From: Candidatus Gastranaerophilales bacterium
Lineage (GTDB): Bacteria > Cyanobacteriota > Vampirovibrionia > Gastranaerophilales > Gastranaerophilaceae
Length of the DNA: 64,000 nucleotides
NCBI GenBank assembly: GCA_947584965.1
Contig: CANPWQ010000001.1
Location: forward strand, 12,480 to 76,479
Direction: 5' to 3'
Below are positions 1-8,912 of the stretch, piece after piece. Within the stretch, counting starts at the first letter, position 1. Every line of letters starts with the position of its first letter. The translations under genes and the position numbers were made by a program. The notes under the pieces are model-generated. The model made no database searches. It was not told the DNA's origin and saw nothing but the letters and a program-made list of their open reading frames with translations.

Positions 1-353
1 AAAATCCGGGACAGGAGACATTTGATAATGTAACAAAGTCCATTGCAGGATTTAATAAAAATGTTGAATTACTTAAATCAAAACCCGTAACAGCTCAAGA
101 GCTTGAGTATGCCAAAAAAATGCTGAAAACACAGCTGCTTAACACAACAGAATCTAATTTAGGGCTGACAACTCAATTTCATGCAAACAGAAACTCGGCA
201 TACGGTACAAAAGAATATGAATTATTGCTAAATGCTATAGATAAAGTCACTATTGAAGATATACAAACGGCAGCAAATTATGTATTCCAAAATCAACCCG
301 TTACATCAATTGTTGCAAGTCAAAAAACGCTCAATGCTTTGAATTTAAAATAA
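1..353 (+). CDS. peptidase M16 (insulinase/pitrilysin-like) family protein, C-terminal fragment; 5' end is outside the window
   Basis: The frame is open from nt 3 with no stop (..VTAQELEYAKKMLKTQLLNTTESNLG..VTIEDIQTAANYVF..SIVASQ). This pattern resembles the C-terminal end of M16 peptidases. A hairpin terminator follows. Confidence 0.5.
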   Translation, partial: NPGQETFDNVTKSIAGFNKNVELLKSKPVTAQELEYAKKMLKTQLLNTTESNLGLTTQFHANRNSAYGTKEYELLLNAIDKVTIEDIQTAANYVFQNQPVTSIVASQKTLNALNLK

Positions 354-358
354 AAAAA

Positions 359-385
359 CAGCGGAGGTTTAATCCGCCGTTTTTA
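359..385. terminator. bidirectional rho-independent terminator between the convergent M16 fragment and ftsZ
   Basis: GCGGA-ggtttaa-TCCGC hairpin with a T-run on the plus strand and an A-run upstream, which is a U-run on the minus strand. Confidence 0.6.
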
Positions 386-396
386 TAAATCAGTTT

Positions 397-1572
397 TTAT
401 TTTTTTAAGAAATCAGGAATATCAAGAATATTATTAGCAAATTCAGCAGCTTCCTGTTTCGTAACCTTAGGAGCTTGAGGATTTAAACCTGCAGTCCCAA
501 ATAAATCCAATGCACCAAGGGTTTTTGTTTCCTGTTCCTGCTGATTAAATCTGTCAATTTCGCTTCTCTTTAATTCAAAACCGGTAGCAATAACGGTAAT
601 TTGAATTTCACCCTGAATTCTGTCATCAATAACAGCACCGAAGTGAACAATTGCATCTTCTGATACGGAATCATGAATAACATTAGCAGCGTCGGTTACT
701 TCATATAATGTCATATCAGGACCGCCCGTTACGTTCATAATAATACCCGTAGCTCCGTTAATAGAAGTTTCTAACAGAGGTGAATTAATAGCCGCTTTAG
801 CAGCTTCTAATGCTCTGCCTTCGCCTGTTCCGCGTCCGATACCCATTAATGCGGAACCTGATGATTCCATTACGCTTCTTACATCTGCAAAGTCAACATT
901 TATCATGCCCGGAACGGTTATGATATCAGATATACCTTGAACACCGCGGAGCAATACTTCATCTACAACTTGGAATGCTTCACGCATTGTCGTTCTGCGG
1001 TCAATTACTTCCAGAAGTTTATCATTAGGTATAACAATTAAAGCATCAACTGTTTCTTTTAACTTTTCAATTCCTTGAACAGCTTGTTTCATTCTTCTCG
1101 GACCTTCAAAACCGAAAGGTTTTGTAACAACACCGATAGTTAAAGCACCCAATTCTTTAGCAATTCTTGCAACAACAGGAGCAGCACCCGTACCTGTTCC
1201 GCCGCCCATGCCTGCGGTTACAAATACCATATCAGCTTTTCCGATAGCGTTAACTATTTCATCTCTGGTTTCTTCGGCTGATTTTTCACCTTTTTCGGGG
1301 TTTCCGCCTGCGCCTAAACCGTTTGTCAATTTGCTGCCTATTCTTATTTTATTTTCAGCTAAAGACATTTCAAGCACTTGAACATCGGTATTCATTGCCC
1401 AAAATTCAACACCGCCCAAGCCTGCTTTTATCATTCGGTTAACTGCGTTACCGCCTCCGCCGCCTACACCAATTACTTTAATATCGGCAGGAGTTCCGCC
1501 TGTATGCTGTGTTGTTGAATCGTTATTACTTGTTTCTCTTTTGCCAAAGATATCAGGAACAAAATTTTCCAC
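397..1572 (-). CDS. ftsZ: cell division GTPase FtsZ
   Basis: Tubulin signature [13 protein letters not shown], plus [15 protein letters not shown] and NTDVQ. GTG start preceded by AAGAGGG. Confidence 0.97.
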   Translation of the reverse strand: MENFVPDIFGKRETSNNDSTTQHTGGTPADIKVIGVGGGGGNAVNRMIKAGLGGVEFWAMNTDVQVLEMSLAENKIRIGSKLTNGLGAGGNPEKGEKSAEETRDEIVNAIGKADMVFVTAGMGGGTGTGAAPVVARIAKELGALTIGVVTKPFGFEGPRRMKQAVQGIEKLKETVDALIVIPNDKLLEVIDRRTTMREAFQVVDEVLLRGVQGISDIITVPGMINVDFADVRSVMESSGSALMGIGRGTGEGRALEAAKAAINSPLLETSINGATGIIMNVTGGPDMTLYEVTDAANVIHDSVSEDAIVHFGAVIDDRIQGEIQITVIATGFELKRSEIDRFNQQEQETKTLGALDLFGTAGLNPQAPKVTKQEAAEFANNILDIPDFLKK

Positions 1573-1911
1573 TTATACGCCCTCTTTTTTTTCTATTACT
1601 TTTGATTTAGTGCTTGAGGACTTTGGAGTTTTACCCTTTTATGGTTTTTTGTATTTCCTTTAAGGGTTTTGTCATTTGTGCCTTTTCCGCTTTTGTGACC
1701 GTACTTTTTTATAATTTGTACCGCCTTTTATGCCTTGTACTCCACGCAGGTGACTTTGGATTTGCCGTCTGCCGCCCTGTACCTCTTGCACCCTTTCATA
1801 TCCCGATGTGCCAATTTTTACATGGTTTTCATCGTATATTAACATAGTATTGTAAAATTTTTAAATAGTAAAGAAAAAAACTTTTAAATATTATAGAAAT
1901 TTAATATATGT

Positions 1912-2454
1912 TTATAAATCTTTGTTAGCCTCGCCGATTATATTAGCGGCAGCCGTTAAATTCTTTGCAATATCGGAATAAAGCTCCTCTTCTTCGCCTT
2001 GCGCAACCACTGCATTTATCATTTCATCAACATTTTCTTTTATATCCGACAGTTGAGAAACTGTATTTTGCAGTTTTTGAGTTCGCTTTTTCAGAATAAA
2101 ATAATTCAATAACGGTATTGATGAAACACAATTACTCAGCTTTTTTTTAAAGCGTTTAAAAGTATCCTCCGAAACAATAAAGAAGTTTTCCGAACTTTCT
2201 TCTTTTACGGCAGGATTTTCAGTTTCACTGACAGCGAAAAACTCACTATCTGTTGCATTTAGTTTTTTATTTTTTCTTTTACCTTTAGAGCGAATATTCC
2301 CTGTTGTATTTGAAGCAGTTGAAGCGTGTTCGGGCGCAAAAATATTTGTTTGATATGCCCTTACATCTTCATCTATTGCCATATTTATAGTATTTCCCGT
2401 ATTTTTTTGATAAAAATTTACGGGCTGATTTAATCCGTTTGCGCTTATTTCCAT
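1912..2454 (-). CDS. hypothetical protein, possible FlgM-like anti-sigma-28 factor (weak)
   Basis: 180 aa. The N-terminus MEISANGLNQPVNFYQKN resembles the FlgM N-terminus as I recall it. A helical acidic C-terminus follows (..LYSDIAKNLTAAANII..). Same strand as the GT operon and 60 nt downstream of it. Confidence 0.45.
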   Translation of the reverse strand: MEISANGLNQPVNFYQKNTGNTINMAIDEDVRAYQTNIFAPEHASTASNTTGNIRSKGKRKNKKLNATDSEFFAVSETENPAVKEESSENFFIVSEDTFKRFKKKLSNCVSSIPLLNYFILKKRTQKLQNTVSQLSDIKENVDEMINAVVAQGEEEELYSDIAKNLTAAANIIGEANKDL

Positions 2455-2514
2455 AAGAAAATATTTCCCTATGATAAAATTATAACCTCGCGGGTTTCTT
2501 TTGTTACCGTTTAT

Positions 2515-3987
2515 TTATATGATTTTAATTAATTCGGGGTATTTTTGCGTCAGTTTTTCTTTTTCTTCACTGTTCATTTGAGTCTTTTTAAGCGCTTCAA
2601 CCATATTTTCATAGTATTCATGCTTATATTCATCTTTAATCATGCTGTAATAATAAAGCAGATTATGGACTTTATATGTTAAAAAATCAAACCTTAACGG
2701 TTCAAATGTTTTAGTATCTTTCATCAATTGTTCGACGATATTGAATATTTCTATATGGTCAATAAGCCGTCTGTTATTGTCGGATAAAACGGAGCCTTCT
2801 CTGTTAAACCTGTATACATAAAGTTTTTCGCGAATAAAAAATATCCGTTCCGCTGTTAAAAGAGTTCCGAATATAACTTTATGGTCCTCAAAATCAAGCC
2901 CTTCCGCAAATTCTATATTGTTTTTATCAAATAATTCTTTTGTATACAACTTATTCCAGACGCACATCGGATATTTAAACGGCGATAAATCCCGCCAATT
3001 AAATATTTTATCCGCAGGTATAATATCAAAATTTGCGTCAATAAAGTAAGGAAAAGGTGCATTTACTTTATTTCCCTCATCATAACCGTCAGGCATGCAC
3101 ATTGCAATATCAAGATTTTTTTCTTTTATTAGAGAATATAACCTTTCATACATATTCGGCTTAACCCAATCGTCAGGGTCAACAAAGCCTATGCATTCGC
3201 CTGTTGCAAGCCTTAAGCCGTCATTGCGGGCTGCGCCCGTTCCTTTATTTTCTTTGTGTATTACTTTTATTCTGTTATCTTTAGATTTGTATTCTTCAAG
3301 TATTTTATAGCTTTCATCGGTTGAACCGTCATCTACGCAGATTATTTCTATCTCTTTTAATGTCTGATTAATTAAGCTGTCTAAAGATTGCCTTAAGTAC
3401 TTTCCCACATTATAAACGGGCAGAATTACAGATACTTTTGGCTTAATTTCATAATTAACCTGAATGACGGCAGGCTTTTGCTCTTTTTGTTCTTTTTTAA
3501 CTTTTTGAGATTTTAAAGTAAAAAGTTTTTTCCCTGCTTTTATTAATTTTTTATAGGGTTTTAATTGTTCTTCATAGTATTTTTTTTGCTCTATAAGCTG
3601 ATTTGAAAGGATTTGAGTTTCCGTATTAAATTTTTCATTCAATGCCGATATAATTTCTTCATAGCTTTTTTGAAGCTCTTGAGTTTTTTCTTTTAAATTA
3701 TTTACATGCCAATTTTCTGTTTCTTTTTGACGTCTTATTATTTCTTCTTCATACCAATTTTTTTGCGAGAGTAGTTCTTTTTCATAATACTCTTTTACCG
3801 CTTCTTTATCCTGAGTATTTTTTACGTTGTAATATTCTTCCAATTCCTTTTTTAATTGGGATTTTTCATTTTCAAAATCAGTTAATAACTTTGATTTTTC
3901 ATATTCAAATTTAGATTTTAAAAGTTCAATTTCACTTTCGTAAAATTGCTTTTGAGATTTTAAATATTTTTCATCAAAGTTATCCAT
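2515..3987 (-). CDS. family 2 glycosyltransferase with an N-terminal coiled-coil of about 175 aa
   Basis: K/E/Q-rich heptad-like N-terminus, then VSVILPVYNVGKYL..IICVDDGSTDES..GFVDPDDWV (GT-A fold, DxD motif). Confidence 0.9.
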   Translation of the reverse strand: MDNFDEKYLKSQKQFYESEIELLKSKFEYEKSKLLTDFENEKSQLKKELEEYYNVKNTQDKEAVKEYYEKELLSQKNWYEEEIIRRQKETENWHVNNLKEKTQELQKSYEEIISALNEKFNTETQILSNQLIEQKKYYEEQLKPYKKLIKAGKKLFTLKSQKVKKEQKEQKPAVIQVNYEIKPKVSVILPVYNVGKYLRQSLDSLINQTLKEIEIICVDDGSTDESYKILEEYKSKDNRIKVIHKENKGTGAARNDGLRLATGECIGFVDPDDWVKPNMYERLYSLIKEKNLDIAMCMPDGYDEGNKVNAPFPYFIDANFDIIPADKIFNWRDLSPFKYPMCVWNKLYTKELFDKNNIEFAEGLDFEDHKVIFGTLLTAERIFFIREKLYVYRFNREGSVLSDNNRRLIDHIEIFNIVEQLMKDTKTFEPLRFDFLTYKVHNLLYYYSMIKDEYKHEYYENMVEALKKTQMNSEEKEKLTQKYPELIKII

Positions 3988-3993
3988 AATTCT

Positions 3994-5439
3994 TTAATTC
4001 TTTTTTACTGATTTTTTTAATTTGTTTTGAAGCTGTTCCAGTTTTTTATACGCCTTTAGTAATATTTTAACCAATAAATATTTATTTTCATAATAATTTT
4101 TTTGCTCGTTTAAAGCCTGCATATAATGCTGTTTTTGCTCTTTTAATTTCCATTCGTAATCGGCAATCAGTTTTTCTTTTACCTGTCTTACGGACTCCGC
4201 CTGCCATTTTTTCAATTCATATTCCTGTTTAATCATTTTTTGATTAAATTCGCATTCTAAAACGGCAGATTGCTCTTGAAGCCTGCGAGTGACTTCTTTT
4301 AAGCGTTCTTCTTCGCTAAAATTCTTCCACCATTCTTCTATCTGCCTTTTTTCCTGCTCGCTTTCGCGTTTATACTGTTCAAGATAATCTTTAATTGCTT
4401 TAATATCAAGATTACATTTATGCTCTGCGGCTTTTATTCTCTTATTTGAGGTTTTATATTTTTCAATTAAAAAATTCCAAAATCCGTAATAATCACGTGA
4501 AATTATATTGCAATATTCATCGTAGCAATAACCGACTTTTAAGCTCTCTTTTTGCTCCTCGGTTAAATTTAAGCCGATAAACATTTCACGCATTCGTTTA
4601 TAATATTCTTCATAATATTTATCTTCAAGCAGAGTATAGCGGTGAAATATATCATCAATAAGCCACCTTAAAATTTCATTTTGCTTTTCGGGGAAAAAAC
4701 TTGCCTGCTGTAATATGCTGTATGTTAATTTTGCCATGTCTATTCGGTCATAAACCTTTTTATCGGAGTTTTGCATTGTTGATAAACCCCTGTTTCGGCG
4801 GTAATAATATAAATTTTCCCAAAGTATATTTATTTTTTCTGCTTTCAAATATGTTTCAAAGAAAAACGGCATATCTTCATAAATATAGCCCTCGCTGAAC
4901 TTTACTCCAATTTTTTCTAAAAATTCACGTTTATATATTTTATTCCACAAAACTACGTTAATATTTAAAATTTCATCTTTTGTATCTTCGGGAGAAAATA
5001 CGCTATCACCGTATTTTTCAAGCGATTTTAAAGAATATAAGTCATCAGTATAAAATTCCTGCGACTTATCATCATACAATTGAGCTTTACACATTGTTAT
5101 ATCGGTATCCGCTGATTTTGCTTTGTTATACATTTTTTCAAACATATCAAGCTCTACCCAGTCATCAGCGTCTACAAAGCCTACATATTCGCCCGAAGCT
5201 ATTTCGAGTCCTAAATTTCTTGCATAAGATTGCCCCGATTCCTGCTCCGTATTTAAAAATTTTATTCTTTTATCCTTTTGAGCATACTGCATTACTATTT
5301 CTTTGCTGTTATCGGTTGACGCGTCATTAATACAGATTATCTCTATATCCTCTAACGATTGATATATCAGCGTTGTAAGAGCTTTTGATATATACCTTTC
5401 CACATTCCTGTACGGCATTATTACGGATACTTTAGTCAT
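3994..5439 (-). CDS. family 2 glycosyltransferase with a C-terminal coiled-coil of about 170 aa
   Basis: VSVIMPYRNVERYI..IICINDASTDNS..GFVDADDWV, then a K/E/Q-rich helical tail (..EWWKNFSEEERLKEV..QKNYYENKY..). The catalytic domain is a paralogue of the one at 8913-11267. Confidence 0.9.
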   Translation of the reverse strand: MTKVSVIMPYRNVERYISKALTTLIYQSLEDIEIICINDASTDNSKEIVMQYAQKDKRIKFLNTEQESGQSYARNLGLEIASGEYVGFVDADDWVELDMFEKMYNKAKSADTDITMCKAQLYDDKSQEFYTDDLYSLKSLEKYGDSVFSPEDTKDEILNINVVLWNKIYKREFLEKIGVKFSEGYIYEDMPFFFETYLKAEKINILWENLYYYRRNRGLSTMQNSDKKVYDRIDMAKLTYSILQQASFFPEKQNEILRWLIDDIFHRYTLLEDKYYEEYYKRMREMFIGLNLTEEQKESLKVGYCYDEYCNIISRDYYGFWNFLIEKYKTSNKRIKAAEHKCNLDIKAIKDYLEQYKRESEQEKRQIEEWWKNFSEEERLKEVTRRLQEQSAVLECEFNQKMIKQEYELKKWQAESVRQVKEKLIADYEWKLKEQKQHYMQALNEQKNYYENKYLLVKILLKAYKKLEQLQNKLKKSVKKN

Positions 5440-6640
5440 TGTCGTTCAACTTCTCCAGTTTTGAATACTTAAAAGGCAATTTAAATTTTATCTTTTTAAT
5501 TATACTTACATGCAATTTATCATTATTGTAGTATATATCAAAAATGTTAGGATTTTTCTTAATTTTTGTTATATGTTTTTTATACTTTAAATAGTAAAAT
5601 CCGTTTTCTTTGTATATTATCTCCATTATTTTATACATTAATTTCATTTTATATTTTTGAAATTCATAATAACGGATTGAGTTTCGTTTTATGTTGCAAA
5701 ACAAGTAATAATTATATTTAAAAGCACCTTTTACCATATCGGGTGGAAACAGTTTATCATCGGCAAGCGAGCTTTTTGCATTTATTTTATTCATAAATGC
5801 TTTTTTATATTTAGGATTTAAGTGTTCAAATCGGTAGACAAAATCTTCTACTTTTTTTCTGAAGAAAATATATTTTACATCTTCATAATCGCTTATTTGC
5901 TTAATTGAATTATACATAAGCTCGGCAACATCTATAATATCAAGGAACTGACTGCCCGCCTTTTGAACAATTGAACCTTTACGGTTAATTCTGTAATAAT
6001 ACAAAAAATCTCTAACAATAGAAACTCTGGTTGTTTTAAAGAATATTGAAAAGAAAAACGGGCCGTCCTCAAATATTAAGCCGTCGGGAAATTGAGCATT
6101 GCATTCATCTATCAAACTTTTTCGGTACAGTTTATTCCAAGCCATAACGCAAACATCCATTAAAAACGGTTTTGTATCTTTATAGCTGAATGCTCTATTG
6201 TCAAAGGTTTCATCAAAAAATCCCAAAGTATAATACGGGTTAGAATCATCTATCACTTGTCTGCTTTCATCATATTGATGAACCGCACAAATCGCTATAT
6301 CGGTATTTAACGCTGTCATGCTGTTATAAAGTTTTTCCAGCATTGTTTTATCAATCCAATCATCAGAATCAATAAAACTTATAAACTTGCCTTTTGCGAC
6401 CTTTAACCCTGCGTTGCGCGCAGATGATAACCCTCCGTTTTCTTTATCAACTATTTTTATTCTGCTATCTTTATTTTTATATTCCTCTAATATTTTTCTT
6501 GAACTATCCGTTGAGCCGTCATTTACGCAGATTATTTCCGTATTGGCAAAAGTCTGCGCAAGTATTGTATCTAAGCAATTACAAAGATACTTTTCTACAT
6601 TATATACGGGAACTATTACGGATATTTCGGGTTCTTTCAT
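5432..6640 (-). CDS. family 2 glycosyltransferase
   Basis: ISVIVPVYNVEKYL..ICVNDGSTDSS..SFIDSDDWI. I chose the ATG at 6640 because the track's upstream start overlaps the preceding gene. Tandem paralogue of 6642-7838. Confidence 0.9.
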   Translation of the reverse strand: MKEPEISVIVPVYNVEKYLCNCLDTILAQTFANTEIICVNDGSTDSSRKILEEYKNKDSRIKIVDKENGGLSSARNAGLKVAKGKFISFIDSDDWIDKTMLEKLYNSMTALNTDIAICAVHQYDESRQVIDDSNPYYTLGFFDETFDNRAFSYKDTKPFLMDVCVMAWNKLYRKSLIDECNAQFPDGLIFEDGPFFFSIFFKTTRVSIVRDFLYYYRINRKGSIVQKAGSQFLDIIDVAELMYNSIKQISDYEDVKYIFFRKKVEDFVYRFEHLNPKYKKAFMNKINAKSSLADDKLFPPDMVKGAFKYNYYLFCNIKRNSIRYYEFQKYKMKLMYKIMEIIYKENGFYYLKYKKHITKIKKNPNIFDIYYNNDKLHVSIIKKIKFKLPFKYSKLEKLNDND

Positions 6641-6641
6641 A

Positions 6642-7838
6642 CTAATCTCGAGGCTCCAGCTTTGAATATTCAAACTTAAAACTGAATTTTATTTTCATAA
6701 ACAATACCACATATATTCTGTCATTTTCATACCAAACATCATAAAGATTTGCGCGTTTCTTCAGTCTTAAAATAATTTTTCTGTATTTAAAATAGTATAT
6801 ATTTTCTTCCGTATAAAGAATTTGCATTACTTTATACATTAATTTTACAATAAATTTATCATAGTGATAAAGGATTATATTACATCTTTTTCTTATATCA
6901 AATAAGCGTTTGCGGACTCTTGATGCTTTTTCGTCAACAATATTAAAATCAAAAATACTGCCGTCAAAAAGAAAATCTTTCGTCCTTAATTTTTTTGAAA
7001 ACCGCTTTTTATAAAACATATTTACAAGTTCATAGCGATATACTATATCATCAATTTTGCGGATATAAAATTCATTTTTTATATCGTTAAAACAAGGCAA
7101 ATCCTTAATAGAGTTATACATTAATTCAACAACATCAATAATATCAAGAAAGTGCGCTCCGCCTTTTTCTACAATCGAGCCTTTACGGTTAATTCGGTAG
7201 TTATATAGAAAATCTCTTACAATAGAAACACGTTTTGCCTTAAAGTATATGGAAAAGAAAAACGGGCCGTCCTCAAATATTAAGCCGTCAGGGAAACGGG
7301 CATTATATTTATCCAAAAAATTTTTGTGGTACAGCTTATTCCAAGCCATAACACACACATCCATAATAAACGGCAAAGTGTCATTATAGTCAAAGATACG
7401 GTTATCAAAGGTTTTATCAAAAAACGACAGATTAAAATATTTTTGCGATTCGTCGCTTTGCGCCTTTTGCTCGTCATATAATCTCACCGCACATATTGAT
7501 ATTTCGCTGTTTAATTCGGTTATATTTTTATAGAGCTTTTCAAGCATTGTATTTTCAACCCAATCATCTGAGTCAATAAAGCTGATAAATTCACCTTTTG
7601 CCCTATCAAGCCCAAAGTTGCGCGCGGAAGATAATCCGCCGTTTTTCTTATCAATTATTACAAATCTTGAGTCTTTATTTTTGTATTCTTCCAAAATTGC
7701 CCTTGAATTATCCGTTGAACCGTCATTTACACAGATTACTTCAAAATCTTGAAATGTCTGCGCAATTATTGAATCAAGACATCTTCTTAAATATTTTTCA
7801 ACGTTATAAACAGGAACGATTATGGATATCTTCGGCAT
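6642..7838 (-). CDS. family 2 glycosyltransferase
   Basis: ISIIVPVYNVEKYL..ICVNDGSTDNS..SFIDSDDWV. It shares the Tyr/Lys-rich C-terminal module with the previous gene. Confidence 0.9.
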   Translation of the reverse strand: MPKISIIVPVYNVEKYLRRCLDSIIAQTFQDFEVICVNDGSTDNSRAILEEYKNKDSRFVIIDKKNGGLSSARNFGLDRAKGEFISFIDSDDWVENTMLEKLYKNITELNSEISICAVRLYDEQKAQSDESQKYFNLSFFDKTFDNRIFDYNDTLPFIMDVCVMAWNKLYHKNFLDKYNARFPDGLIFEDGPFFFSIYFKAKRVSIVRDFLYNYRINRKGSIVEKGGAHFLDIIDVVELMYNSIKDLPCFNDIKNEFYIRKIDDIVYRYELVNMFYKKRFSKKLRTKDFLFDGSIFDFNIVDEKASRVRKRLFDIRKRCNIILYHYDKFIVKLMYKVMQILYTEENIYYFKYRKIILRLKKRANLYDVWYENDRIYVVLFMKIKFSFKFEYSKLEPRD

Positions 7839-7844
7839 TTAACC

Positions 7845-8909
7845 TTAACCCCGCTTCTGCAAAATTTCTTCTTTTAATTTTGCCAGTTTTTCGTTCGTCT
7901 TTTCACTCATTTCAGTGTAGATTTTTGTTAATTCAGCGTAAAACATAGTATTCATTTCGTTTATACGGGTGTAAATTTGTTCAATATCTTCATCTCTGCT
8001 TGGAGTTTCAGAAGTGTTTAAAGGTACTTCTTTTATTTGAACTTGATTTTTAAGTTTCTCATTTACTTCATTTAGCTCTCTGTCAAGGCGCTCATGAAGC
8101 TCCTGTTTTGCGTTTGCATTTAATGTTTCCGTGTATTTATAGTTATTTGTAACTTCTTCATAAACTTTATTTATTTCCGCACCTTTTTTATTAATTTCGG
8201 AATTTATGTAATCGTAAATCTTTGTAATATCAACATATACCATGTCTTTTAATAAATTAACGGAATTTTTTAGTTCATTTGTAATTGTTTGAGCTTCATT
8301 TTGCGAGTAATTACGATTTTCATAAATTGTTTTTTCAAGCTGGTTAATTCTGCTTACAATTTCATATTCTTTATTATTTATTGTTTCTATTGCTGTTTTT
8401 GCGCCTTTATCAAGAGAATTTTTAATATAATTTTCGTAACTTTTAACAATATCTGTCAATTGAGCGCAATAAACTCCAAGTTTGCCTTGTATTATTGAAT
8501 CTATTAATGTGCTATTTTCAAGATATTCTCTTTTATAAATTTTTCCGTTTTCAATATTTAATTTTTCACCGGAATTAAAAAGTACTTCGGGCGTTATTCC
8601 GCCATGAAAACTCTCGAATATTACTTGTTCGGGAGGTATAAAGCATATATAATCCCCTTGAGCTAAAGATAGCGCCATTGATTTAGCTTTTTCTAATTCA
8701 CTTTCACTGCCGGTATTAATAAGTTTTATTCGCTCATCACTTTGAGAAGCATCTTGCACAAGTTCTTGCGATTTATCATTTGAACCGTTATTTATACAAA
8801 TAAGTTCATAATCTTCAAATTTTTGGTTTAATATACTGTCAATACAATTTTTTATTGTATCTTGTGCGTTTTTATATATTACGATTATTGATACTTTAGG
8901 TTTAGTCAT
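7845..8909 (-). CDS. degenerate GT2-like N-terminal domain fused to a coiled-coil of about 230 aa (probably non-catalytic)
   Basis: VSIIVIYKNAQDTI..LICINNGSNDKS is GT2-like. The DxD position reads CFIPPEQV instead of F(V/I)D(S/P/A)DDW, and the rest of the GT fold is missing. The tail contains VYEEVTNNYKYTE. Confidence 0.75.
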   Translation of the reverse strand: MTKPKVSIIVIYKNAQDTIKNCIDSILNQKFEDYELICINNGSNDKSQELVQDASQSDERIKLINTGSESELEKAKSMALSLAQGDYICFIPPEQVIFESFHGGITPEVLFNSGEKLNIENGKIYKREYLENSTLIDSIIQGKLGVYCAQLTDIVKSYENYIKNSLDKGAKTAIETINNKEYEIVSRINQLEKTIYENRNYSQNEAQTITNELKNSVNLLKDMVYVDITKIYDYINSEINKKGAEINKVYEEVTNNYKYTETLNANAKQELHERLDRELNEVNEKLKNQVQIKEVPLNTSETPSRDEDIEQIYTRINEMNTMFYAELTKIYTEMSEKTNEKLAKLKEEILQKRG

Positions 8910-8912
8910 ACA

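Noticed and set aside
1614-1847. 77-aa plus-strand ORF upstream of ftsZ
   Set aside because: It translates the pyrimidine-rich strand into a Phe/Cys/Leu-rich peptide. It has a non-ATG start and no RBS. It looks like the shadow of whatever is encoded on the other strand.
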